Part shown: one piece after another, positions 11,987-23,777 of the stretch | Numbering within the stretch: position 1 is the first letter of the stretch | Layout: every line of letters begins with the position of its first letter | Notes under the pieces: model-generated | Database searches by the model: none | What the model was told of the DNA's origin: nothing | The model's input: the letters and a program-made list of their open reading frames with translations, nothing else | Source of the DNA: Utricularia gibba | Taxonomy: Eukaryota > Plantae > Magnoliophyta | DNA: 64,000 bases | Assembly: GCA_002189035.1 (NCBI GenBank) | Contig: CM007989.1 | Span: forward strand, 2,170,001-2,234,000 | Direction: 5' to 3' | Translations under genes and position numbers: made by a program

Positions 11987-13249
11987 ATGTCGAACTGTGA
12001 CAAGTCTATGCAGCAGCCAGTAGCAGTTTCTGAATGCACCCACAGGATTGCAAGTGAAACGGAAGGGCCAAATGTAGATCCTATGAAATCATCACATCAA
12101 ACATTGGGACAGCTGCAGGGACCATTAGCCATTTTTTGGGACATTGAGAACTGTCCAGTTCCTACTGATGTTTGGCCCGAGGATGTGGGCAGTAACATCA
12201 GGACGACAGTACAAGGGGATTGTTTTACTTCAGGAACAACGATCACTGCCTTTTCAGCTTATGGGGATTTCAGTTATTTTTCTAGGAAACTTAGAGAGGG
12301 TTGCCAGAGAACTGGAATCAAGCTTGTTGATGTTCCAAATGGCCATAAAGATGCTGCTGACAAAGCCATCATGTTGGACATGCTTCTCTTTGCAATGGAT
12401 AACCGTCCTCCATCAACTATCATGCTTATTTCTGGAGATGTTGATTTTGCTCCTACGCTCCATGTTTTGAATCAACGTGGATACACGGTTATTCTTGCTA
12501 TTCGTGCAGGTGCTCAAACCTCATATGCACTGAAGAATGCTAGTCGATTTGTCTGGGATTGGCCTAGTTTGGCTCGTGGGAAAGGGTTTCTGCCTCCTTA
12601 TGAGCATTGTCCTCCATTTACATGTGCAGCTGAACTTTCTGGGCATCCTGTTAGATATCAGGCCAATGAGAAGAGACATGTTGTGGCTCATGCAGAACCA
12701 ATGGAGCTTAGCGAGTTCTCATTTGCACCATCTCAACTCGAGTATACTAGACCATACTTCAACCTGGATGCTGAAGCTGGCCATTCAAGCGCTTATTTCT
12801 CAGAAGCATCAGCCAGAATACATATTTCTGAAAACGAAAGCAATGTGCTATGGATGCAGCCTAGCAATCTAAATAACCTGAAGGGTAGGCTTGTGAATCT
12901 ACTTGAATTCTCAGGTCATATGTTGCCTTTGGCCCTTATTTCTGTAGAATATTTAAAGATTTATGGGCATCCTCTTTGTGCTTCCGACTATGGGGCCAAT
13001 GATCTCATTCATCTTCTGGAAAAGATGTCGGATACTCTCCTGATAGGAGGCAAAGATGAATACAGAATCGTTTATCTTCCCTGGGCGAGAGACAAAAGAG
13101 GCCAAGTCCCAAACCAGATGCCATGCGAGACAATGACAAAGAAGCAACGTAAAGAAATGATGAAAACAACAACCCAAAAAGTAATGACAAGAAAGCAGCG
13201 AAAGGAAATGATGCAAGCACTCAGAAATGCTGGTGCAATGCCATACTGA
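11987..13249 (+). CDS. DNE1: NYN (PIN-like) endoribonuclease with an OST-HTH/LOTUS domain, DNE1/MARF1-like; CDS has no intron
   Basis: AIFWDIENCPVP, KDAADKAI and LISGDVDFAP acidic motifs are intact, followed by LKGRLVNLLEFSG...SDYGANDLIHLLEKM (LOTUS-like). First in-frame ATG is at 11987. Confidence 0.82.
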   Translation: MSNCDKSMQQPVAVSECTHRIASETEGPNVDPMKSSHQTLGQLQGPLAIFWDIENCPVPTDVWPEDVGSNIRTTVQGDCFTSGTTITAFSAYGDFSYFSRKLREGCQRTGIKLVDVPNGHKDAADKAIMLDMLLFAMDNRPPSTIMLISGDVDFAPTLHVLNQRGYTVILAIRAGAQTSYALKNASRFVWDWPSLARGKGFLPPYEHCPPFTCAAELSGHPVRYQANEKRHVVAHAEPMELSEFSFAPSQLEYTRPYFNLDAEAGHSSAYFSEASARIHISENESNVLWMQPSNLNNLKGRLVNLLEFSGHMLPLALISVEYLKIYGHPLCASDYGANDLIHLLEKMSDTLLIGGKDEYRIVYLPWARDKRGQVPNQMPCETMTKKQRKEMMKTTTQKVMTRKQRKEMMQALRNAGAMPY

Positions 13250-14305
13250 GATTGGATAGCAGAAATGGATTCAGGTATTCCAGCAGCGAAAGGAAAGATG
13301 TTTTGATGAGTGTGATTCGAGCTTCCATCAAGAAAATATGTCATTCATGATATGTCATCCTGTCTCATTATCTCCGAAGCCTCATCTTATCTTGTTGGAG
13401 GCTCCAACATCTTTTCATCAAAACATCTTTCTTTGCGCTTTCTTAATATTCAGCATTTTGTTGTTGTCTTGTGGTTTCTTTGGGAGTTGTTTCACCCTTT
13501 ACATGGTGTAGTGGTAATATGGCTTTTTCCAGATCTTTTTTTATTGAGAAACATGTTCCTTACTAAGGCTTTGTTTTGTTCTGCCTTAGGATGCGTGCAT
13601 TCTAATACATGACTTGGTTGTTCATCAAGACGTATTTTTATAAATGGAATGAGAAGATTCATAAGAGCGCCAGTACTTTTCATCAAATCCAAAAGAAACA
13701 AAAATAACAAATCGCGAGGTGAAATATCTCAGATGCATACACATGTGTGTATCTTATGTTACTGCTTTTATGGAATGGATCATATTTTTCTTTTAATTTG
13801 TTACTATTCAATGTGGTAATATAGAAAAAGATGGAGTAGGAGCTTCTAGCAAGTCCTCTGGTGAGGAAATATGGCTATTTTAGTTCATAATTCACAACTA
13901 TTCATCATATCCAAACCAATTTCAAGAATGAGCTTGAAGAGATCATGGTTACCTAGCTTCCTCTGCGCGGATATTTCTTGGTTGATTTGAGGCGGTATGC
14001 CAGCTGAGGTATAAGCAGAGAGCTGACTACTGATCGCATGGATTGGTTTTACGTGAGATAGAAACTCTGGTCCAGTTACCAGGTGACCCTGAAAAGTTCC
14101 TTTATCTAGAGTGAATGACTGATTGAGGTAGTTCAGTTATGGATGGTTTTTAGACATGGAATATGTTAAATATATGCATTGCACTTTATGGATCCGTTTC
14201 CCGAACTCAAGGCATGCTTCCTTTTAGTTCCAAACAATGTGTTCGACAAGAATACAAAACAAGCTATCCAAGTGTTTCTTTTAATGTGCACTCTCAGCTC
14301 AAACA

Positions 14306-17121
14306 TCAATAAGGGGCATTGTTAGGAGACTGCGGGAAACCTGTTTCCAGAAGGCTTCTTCGACTGCAGTACGACCTCGTTGTGCTTGAAGAAGATGCCA
14401 AGCATCTTGCACCGCAGAAGATACCCTTTCTCCCTCTGTAATTGCCACCTTTTCCTCCATTTCCTGACCCTTCTTCGTCCTCCACAGCTTCCACGAATTC
14501 ACCTTGCAATGGATCTGCACTCTCATATAGAAGCCTGAGGACCTGCTTGATGGATGGCCTTGCCTTGCCTTCGCTCTGCGTGCACAACTTCACTATTGTT
14601 ACCAGTGTACGAAGTTGATCAACTTCGAAGTCTTCACCAAGGTATGGATCCACAAGCTCGGTTAACATTGACTCTGAATTCAGATATTCTTGTGACCATT
14701 CTACCAGATTCTTATTATCTTGTATTGCTGGTCTTCCAGTAATTAATTCAAGCAGAATGACTCCATAGCTATACATATCACTCTTTTCTGTAAGCTCTTT
14801 TGTTACTGTGCACTCCGGATCCATGTAGCCTAGCAACAGGACTGAATGTAAGTAGAACATAATTTTTAATGCACGCTTTCCAAGGCTATCTAACCTTGTG
14901 TTCCTCGTATCTCTGTGTTAACAGGCTCGAACCATATGGAACCATCTTTTGAAGCAAGGCCAAAATCAGCAACCTGCATGAGAACTTGTAGAGTGATAAA
15001 ACAGTTTTTGGGTATGTTCTACTATGGACACCTTTGATTATTGTAACTTCAATCTAAAATCTACATGTAAGATGGCCACCGAGGAAAGCATGCATTTTGA
15101 GTGTGTAACTTCATTTCTTCTCACCTTTGCAACGAAGTTCTCATTGAGTAGTACATTGCTTGACTTTATATCTCTGTGACGTAGAGGGGGGTTGCAATAA
15201 ACATGGAGGTATTCCTGGAGAGAATGCATTATATCTTATACAAATGAGTTGTCCAGATGGAACTTGTATGAATGGACGGATAATTCAAACCATTACCAAA
15301 GCGTTTGCCACATCAATAGCAACTCGGATTCTTGTGGCCCAACTTAGCGGAGTTTTGCTTCTTGCTGCAGAGTATGAGAAGTTACCATCACAGGGACTAA
15401 AAAACAAATTACTCTGGATAGACAGTAAGTAATGGTTTTCATACAGTGAAGGTGATCCTTTAAGCTTCCTTTTGCCATGAATTCATACACAAGAAATCTG
15501 AAACCACAGCATTCCTTCATTCAAATATGTTTGGTTTCTGATGCATGAAAGGATTATTCGGTTACAGTGACTACCTCTGATGTTTTTCTATGCAGAAGCC
15601 TCTAAGAGCAACGAGATGTCGATGATGGAGGCGGGCTAGGAGCTTCAGCTCCCGGCAGAAGTCATCTTCTGCCTGCACCGAGACTCTGGTCATTTGTTTC
15701 ACAGCTGCAAGTAGACCATCCAGGAACTCAGCTTTGTACACGATCCCAAATCCTCCTTCCCCAATAACAGTGCTAAAGTTCTTGGTGGCTTTCTTAATCT
15801 CCATGTAGCTGAATCTTCTAAACATGCATGATTGTACTTCACGCATTATTTTCACCCCAGCAACATGAACAGAATTTTCATCAGCAACTTCATGGTCATA
15901 TTACTTGCTCTATTGAAACAAAACAATAAAATACCATCTTGATTCTTTTTCGCCAGAGGAACGGGTTGAATTGAATCCAAGTTACCGTTGTTGGCATCCC
16001 GCAGTTCTTGCTTTTTCCTACGAATGAGAATGATAAGTACTACAAGAACTGCTGTAGCAAGAGCTGCCACTGCAATGCCAATTACTGGAACTGCTGTAAA
16101 ACGGAATGAATGATGAGATTCTGTGACAGGAGCTAGCTGAGGACTTGCAGTACCAGGTGAAACTGGGAATGATCCTGAAACAGTTAACCTAATTAGACAC
16201 AAAAGCAACAACACATCCTCAGTCCAGCACAATTAGATGATGAAAAAAAAAACCTACCATTAAGTGACAAGAGGCCTTGAACCTGAAAGAAACAACTTCC
16301 AATGTCAATGGCTGAATCATAATCAACTTGGCTAGCGAGAGCAGAAAAAGTTGCATCTCTGCAAGTACTCAATGTAATATTATCAACTGGCCCAAGCAGA
16401 TTCCGAAGAAACAGAATACCAGCATTCAAGCACTGCCAACAGCTATCATCTCCCAACATAGAGACCTTGCAGTTTTGAGAAACGTTACTAAAATTCGGAG
16501 ACTCCATCATTTCTCTGACATTAGTTCGACCCTGGCAATTGTAATTTACAGGTATTTTGGTCCCAAAGCCACATGATACCAAAGCGTTTTTTGTCACGCC
16601 ATAGAGCTCAAAAGTTTGGGACACAGAAGTGAGACAGATATCAGATAAAGCTGAGCCATGGCCCAAATCCCCTGTCACATTGGCATAACGCGAGACAGAA
16701 ATGGCGACTACGGCGTTGATGTAACGGCAGCATTTCCCTCTAAATTCTTGGCTGGAGCAAAGCGACGCAGCCAGAGTGAAATTTGAATGGCTCAAGTCCA
16801 ATTGACAATCTGCTGATACATGGAACAAAAAAACTCGAATGAATAGTCAGTCATACATGAAAAACGAAGGATCAGAAATTTGAGATTCGTTTATATTCCA
16901 CATTGCTTCAATTCATTCTGCAATTCATCAATCCCCACAGTTTCTCACAGAAAAATAACAAAGACCCACTGATTCACAAACCCAAATCCGGACATAACCC
17001 ATTTCTGACAACCAGAAAAACAAGCAGTAAATTCAAATTCACCTGCAGCAGCCGTAGTGAATGAAACCCGTGCTACTAGAAACACAAACCCGAGCAAAGC
17101 CTCCACCGGGCCCTGCGCCAT
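14306..17121 (-). CDS. SPARK-domain receptor-like kinase (At1g49730-like)
   Basis: Signal peptide; Cys-rich ectodomain [18 protein letters not shown]...CCRYINA; TM segment [21 protein letters not shown]; kinase motifs [27 protein letters not shown]. Confidence 0.9.
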
Positions 17122-17724
17122 GGAGAGAAAAGTGGGACCAACTTCTTTCAGCTCTTGGGCATTTAGGAAAGAATCCAAATAAACGAGATGCAGCTCCCGT
17201 TGGCTGGAGCTCAGGGGGAGTTCAGTGAACAGGCGTGTGAGCAAATGGGTCTCTGTCTTTTGTCGACTAGTTTCCAATAGACGCCCCAAATGCGAAAACT
17301 CCGGTGGGTTTAATCAAAAAAAGGCCAGGAACCGAATGATGCTCTTAATCCACTCTTGGAGCTTTATATATTCATACGTGCCTTTGCCTGACCCGACGAC
17401 GCCCGCCATGAATGAGATTCTTTAACTCTGTTTTTCTCTACGTAACGCGCGCTTTTGAAAACTGGGCGGATGTTGACATCGGGTTCAAGAGTCAAGATCC
17501 GACCATGAAACAAACCGAACTGAATTCATTCTTACATAATTGCGACTAATCCTACATAATTAAACCTGATTTATTTTAAAAATTACAGTAAGCAAATAAT
17601 ATATTTAAAAACAGCTTTTACTTTTATAAAAATATTATAGAAATATTTTTTTACAAAATTACTTATATTCTAAAAAATAAAAATTTGGAAATATTTTTAA
17701 TTTTCGATAAATTGCAAAAACTTA

Positions 17725-17978
17725 GAATGTGTTCCACACAATTTCTAAAAATAAGTTTTTAGAAAAATAAAACGAAAAAAAAATAGAATGAAAAAATATT
17801 ATGTAATTTGAAATAGAAATTACATTCAAAAAATAATTATATTTATTTCTGATTTCTAATACAAATTTGTAGAAATTTATTTCTTTATAAATATAAATAT
17901 GTTATGTTTTGTAAAATTATTAATTCCTATTTTTGAGAATGAAAAATAAAGAAAATATAAGTTGTATAAAACACATTC
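17725..17978. mobile_element. Tourist (PIF/Harbinger)-like MITE, 254 bp
   Basis: TTA|GAATGTGTT ... AACACATTC|TTA: perfect 9-bp terminal inverted repeat, 3-bp TTA duplication, AT-rich non-coding interior. Confidence 0.7.
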
Positions 17979-20576
17979 TTAATTTTTGTTTTATTAAAAA
18001 TAAATTAAAGAAAAACTTAAAAACTAAAACATAGAACAAGAATGCCATAATCCATCTTTGGCACTGTTAAGGACGACAATCCGCATGAAGAGGTAACAAT
18101 CATTCATCATCTAGATGTATTATAAATATAGCTACTATATTTTGTGGGTGTGTTTTTGTTTACATAGTACGTAATTAATTTATTGTAAATATTTTTAGAT
18201 ATGGGTTTGAAATTGAAAGGACCCAAAACTCTTTTATTCGAGGAAGGCCCCAACATTTTGTGTAAATGACACAAGAGGAAACGCGAGGCGCGTGAGGAAT
18301 ATATGCTCCCGCTAGACAGTTCTCTGAGAGGGATATTCGGGATTCACATTTACTGACCACATGGAGTGTAGTGTGGTTTTGGAACAATTCCATCTCTCTC
18401 CCCTTGATTTTCGCTAATTCAAAAAGTCACCCCACGGGAAATAATATTTACCCCAAACCCAATTATTCAACTTCAATGAAAACAAACTAAGACACTCTTT
18501 GACTAAATTTTAATATTTGTAACATATAAAAGTCAAAAAAATCTCTTAATATTTTTTTTTAAAAAAAAGCAATAAATGGTAGTCATAAAAGTATACCTGT
18601 TGCTGAGTTTTGTGCTTCAACTATATGACTGTGGATGCACAGTTTACAGTAAAAAAAACACAAGAGAAATGGACAAGAAACAGAAGGAAGGAAGATGGAG
18701 TGGGTGTGGGTACCAGGAATGAGAAGTCACTGTTGAGGTGCGGGTGCAGTAAATGACAAGTCGTTCGCGAGGAGTGGGGGGCAGCCGAACAACAGACGGC
18801 GAGATGAGAGTGACCATGAACGCTTGCGTTTCAGCTCCGACGTGCACTCTCACGTGCCCTGCCTCAAACCCCTTTTTCTGGTTTTGGGTTAGCAGCACCC
18901 CCAGGCTTGATCCTATGTCATATGTGTTGCTGCACGAGATGGGAGCTGGTTGTGGGTTCACATAGGATTTAACTAATATGAAATTCCTTTCCCGATGCTT
19001 AATTTTGATGACTTCCTCGGGTCCCTTTCCATCCAGAATCAATCCAAGCTTGGGCAGAATGGAAGGAAAAGAGAAGGAAAGCTTGATACTTTACATAAAG
19101 AATAACTCAATGCATTAGTGTAGACAGTGATGGAGGGTGAGAATTAGTTTTAATAATTTGTCTCAAGTTTGTTATTTGCGGGCTTTTGCTAACACTAGTT
19201 GGGCTGTGAAAGTATAACACAATGGGGCAGGTTCCAACTGTAGAACAATTCTATGGATCAGAAATTTGTAAGGTCTGAATTGCGATCAAATAGGCGGCTC
19301 TGGTTTTAGCCCTTGGTTTCTTGCAGACTGGAACTGAACGTGATATGCTGGGCCGTGGCTGTTTAGAACATGGGCCTGGTAGTTGAGTCACCCACGTCCT
19401 AAAGCACCAGCAGGAGGTTTCTACTTTCCAGAGGTGGAACAGATCAACGCGTGTTGGGTGGAAAAGAATTCCGTCTGTTCAAAGGGCTGTCTATAAGCAT
19501 TGTGTGCGCTGTGTCACTTTCCTAACTCAGATCAGTTGTGCTCGTTGTGTAATATACATTTGATTTTCTTTTTGATTGTGAACCAAACCCAGAACGTTCC
19601 CCAGTTCATCTGGGTTTTATCTGACTAAACCGCTGTGTTCCATTGCTAATTTACATAAGCCAAAGCTTGCTGCTAAGCATCAGTGATACAACAGCAACGT
19701 CTTACATAGCATTTTAAATAAACCAGCCCAATACATTGCCTCCATGTTGTTCATTATCGTGTGTTTGAGCTGGTAATCACTCACGCGAGGATTGGCCTCC
19801 GATCTGGGAAGAAAGGAATCAGAATTATCAGAATTTGCAGGCAAATATGGAAGTTATCCCCATTTGCAGGGTTCCATTCATTTGGTGGATCCATGGCCAA
19901 GAAGGATCAAGAGAGACAGATGACAGTATACGGTATTCGACTTTGAAAACCGACAGGGTCTGGTTTCAAAGAAAACCGAACATTTCTAGAAGCTTCCCTG
20001 TTTGGTTGTGGTCTGTGGATGCACCTTTCAGGTTTCAGAATGCTGATAGGTTATTACATAATAAAGACTCCCGGATGTAAAAGGAAAAAATACTTCGAAT
20101 ATGGAAATACTCTAAATATTATTTATAGAATTATAGTAATTTTTGTCATTCTAATTTCCATAAAGGATTTGAAATGAGAGCTAAATTGGGAAATTAAAAG
20201 TAATTTGTTTTTATACCCGAAATGGAAAGGAAAATATCACGGATATGGAAATAGATTATCTATCTTGATTTTGTATAAATGTGATCGCTCATTTATTACA
20301 ATGGTAAAAAAAAGTAACAGTTTATTTTTACCGCCTGTGGGTTACTCAGACCAGGTGAAAAGCACGTGATATGCACTTCCTCTTTTTCGAACCAACGGCC
20401 TGCGTAGGTAAGTAATGAGCACCACGCGCTTTTAATACTCCCATGTGATAAATATTTTTAAATAGTTTTTGAGACCAAGAGATGCGAACAAGACTGGGAT
20501 CTCCCCCTGTCTCTTGATCAAACTCCGATAAGTAGTCGGCATCGATTGCGATTTCGCGTTGCTTGTCGCATTCGGA

Positions 20577-21446
20577 ATGAAGTCCGCCGCGAAATTCATT
20601 GTCATTCATCCCCGGCACACAAATCCGGCGCCGGCATTGCCGCATACCAACGCGCGGTGCTGATGGTCATAATCCTGTTCTTTGCATTTGCCTTCTGTTT
20701 AAGCCTCTACACCACCGGGAACAGAGGGACGCCCTCCGGGAGAGATGATTCGCGGCTCCCGGGATCTGTTTCAGAGGCCCTTTTACACTACGCGACGGAG
20801 AATTTCACTTCCGTGAAAAGCCGCATGTCTCCCTCCGAGGTGAAATACACGGCGGATGTGCTCCGGCGGTGCCCGCGGCCGTGCAATTTACTTGTTTTCG
20901 GGCTGACTCACGAAATGCTCCTCTGGAACTCACTCAATTTAGGGGGCCGTACCGTTTTCGTCGACGAGAGCGCGTATCTAGTTTCCAGATTGGAAGAGAG
21001 GCAGCCTTCAATTGAAGCGTACGATGTGCATTACTTGACGAAAGTGGGGAGCTCCAAGATTTGATTCAGCATTACAAGGCGGAGATCGGCGGCGAGTGTC
21101 GACCTGTGCAGAATCTCCTCTTCTCCGATTGCAAACTGGCAATCAACGATTTGCCAAATTACGTATACGACGTCGCATGGGATGTGATTCTTGTGGATGG
21201 GCCACGTGGCTACGACGACGAATCCCGGGTAGGGCGCCGGCGCTGTTCACCGCTGGCGTACTGGCGAGGAGTAAAAAGTACGGCGCCTCCGCTACCCACG
21301 TTCTGGTTCATGAATTCGACAGAGAGGTAGAGCGCATTTGCAGCTACGAGTTTCTCTGCCGCGACAATCTGGTGCAGATCAACGAAACCCTGGCACATTT
21401 CGTGGTCGGCGGATCATACCCCGCCGGGAAACTCGGTTTCTGTTAA
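20577..21446 (+). CDS. IRX15L: IRX15/IRX15-L-like DUF579 xylan biosynthesis protein; single exon with three apparent -1 frameshifts
   Basis: [74 protein letters not shown] are spread over successive frames. Adding one base each at C4 20610-20613, G4 21046-21049 and C3 21224-21226 gives one continuous protein. Confidence 0.85.
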
Positions 21447-22850
21447 AAGCGAAAACCGATAAAGTAATTGTCGGTTACCTTTCCCGTGTACAATTAGACC
21501 CATGATTGCAAAATCAATGATCAATTAGTGTTGATAATTGTCGTCATTACACGACAAATTTCTCTCTGCTTCCTAATATTTCAGTAATAACCAGAAAATA
21601 TGCTGCAAATCTCCGACTCCGATATGTCAGGTGAGAGGCGCTGTCGGTGCAACAAAAGGGTTGAGTTGACCGATATGCATGTTATTATAATTAATACTGG
21701 ATATGATCATTTTTATTTTAATAAAATAGATCATTTTCAAAATTCATGTTGAACACATTGACCAACTCTTTCTGCCTCTGGGCGGCTCCCCTTGTTTGCT
21801 GATGCGGCGTTTTCCCCACCGGCAGGCGGCGGCGGCGCAAGAATCGACGTTGCGGTGAGATCAACTATGAACCCGACCAGCAGACCAGAGAGTCATGGCA
21901 GCTTTGTTATAATGCAAATCCACGTGAGCTTCTTTCCATCTTCTGATGCATGCATGTGGGCAGGGGGCCAAAGACTAAGCTCGAAATCAATAACATTTTC
22001 CAAATCCCTAAATTAAATGTTTCTGAAATTTTGGTCACTTTCCCCAAACTTCGAAAATTGGATTGAATTGATACCATAAAATCCCAAAGAGTCCGTAATG
22101 CTGATTTCGTGATCACATTTCTCTTATTAATTTGCGTGTGAAATGACTTTTATATCAACCTTCTTGGTTAACTTTTTTTGAATTCAATTGGATATAAAAA
22201 AAATATTCCATGCTCTGAGTTGTTTTTTTAACATTATTGGGAAGAATCTGTCAGAAAATATCTTTCAAGGAAATGTGTCCCTTGCATTCAATTAATTTGA
22301 CTGAAGGGTAGTTGGAGCTAAGTGCTGAGAAATAATACCTTGCTCTCGTGTATTATATAAATCATCACCTTACAAACGTTATATCTAATGGTATATATTA
22401 ATCATGATATATAATACCGTAATGAATGCAAAGCATTGAAGTCTTTTTGAATTAGTTAACAAAAAATTGAGATTTAATTATATTGCCTCAAAATATATTA
22501 TTATTTTGTCTTTTTCAAAAATTTTACCGTTAGCCATTATTTTAATTTTAAAAAATAACGAGATTATTTTATGTAAACGTAATTATAATACTTTCTACTT
22601 AACACGCTCATATTTTATTGGCCTAGGCCCACTAACTGCCCATTAAGAAACATGGTTGGGTCATTAGGAAATAAGAGGCCCAAACGAGAATAAAAATAAT
22701 AAACTCCAATTTTCTTGGACAATATTTAGTTTAGGTTTTAAAAATATTTTATGATGCATGGAGTAAGTCTGTAAGTGTGAGGTCCGATCATCAATTTGAA
22801 TAATATAAAATCATTTTTTTCCAATTACCAACATATTTTTTAACCTATAA

Positions 22851-22905
22851 TATATTGTTTTCGTTATATGTTTATATTGTTTTCGTTATATGTTTATATT
22901 GTTTT
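22851..22905. repeat. 22-bp tandem repeat, about 2.5 copies
   Basis: tatattgttttcgttatatgtt twice, plus a partial third copy. Confidence 0.9.
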
Positions 22906-23777
22906 TGAATTTATATATCATTTCTACAACAATTAATTATTCTAAAAAATTGAATTTGGTCGAAAAGCAGGTGTTATAAAGAAAATCCTCCTAATTAAAA
23001 AATGAAATGTGTAATTTTTCTTTTTATAATTCAATTTTGTTTCACGATGGCAATTAGTAATTAAAATACATTTACGATGCCATTTAGATCTGGGAATTGG
23101 GTTCGCGATCCTCAGGAGCTGAATAACGGCAATTAAAAAAAAAGAAAAATGTTAATTACAAAGATGGAGGACGATCCGTCACTACGGCGCTCTTGGGGTG
23201 TAAATCCAGCAACAGCTTCCTCTCCTCGTCGTTGACCCCCTGAATTCGGTTATCATTCTCTCCTTTTTTTTTTTTTAATCCCGTTGTTTTATTTAAGCGC
23301 AATCGAGATTGTGCAATTCTTTCGCTTTTCGATTTGTGAATTTTTTATCAATTACTGTAACTCTGTGCTTATTCATGATATAATGTGACTGTGCTGATTT
23401 ATATGTATGGGAGAATCGCGGCGTGAGCGCGGGTAGTTGTTATTGGAAAATCATGGGGGCAAGATTTTATTTTTGTCGCTGCCCATATGAGTACTGGATT
23501 GGTTTATGCTCTAAATAACCTTGTTCGTTGAAGGATCGGCTGAGTTTCATTTAATGTACATGCGCAAGGATCTTTCTGTTTACCTTCCTTCAGTGAATTG
23601 AAGTTTCCGATGACTCATATTTTTCTGCATCACTGAGTAGTGTTCTGAGAGGCTTGCATCTATTTCGTGGTCATTGTTCGCAATTTTACTTCATTTCGTT
23701 GATTTAGGGTGTCCGGGATACGGGAATCGAGTTTTAATTCGTTGGATACTCAGGAATTGAAGTCCACAGATACACAG

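Noticed and set aside
18851-18866. CACGTGCCCTGC resembling a miR164 complement or NAC target site
   Set aside because: Only 12 nt match, the part pairing the miRNA 5' end does not, and there is no NAC domain or second hairpin arm nearby.
20577-21446. Programmed ribosomal frameshifting or insertional RNA editing in IRX15L, CAD and GH3
   Set aside because: There are no slippery heptamers with downstream structure, and no such mechanism is established for plant nuclear genes. Homopolymer consensus error explains every case.
21780-22016. GC-rich patch with short ORFs, possible signalling peptide gene
   Set aside because: No frame gives an ATG, a signal peptide and a known peptide motif without a stop.
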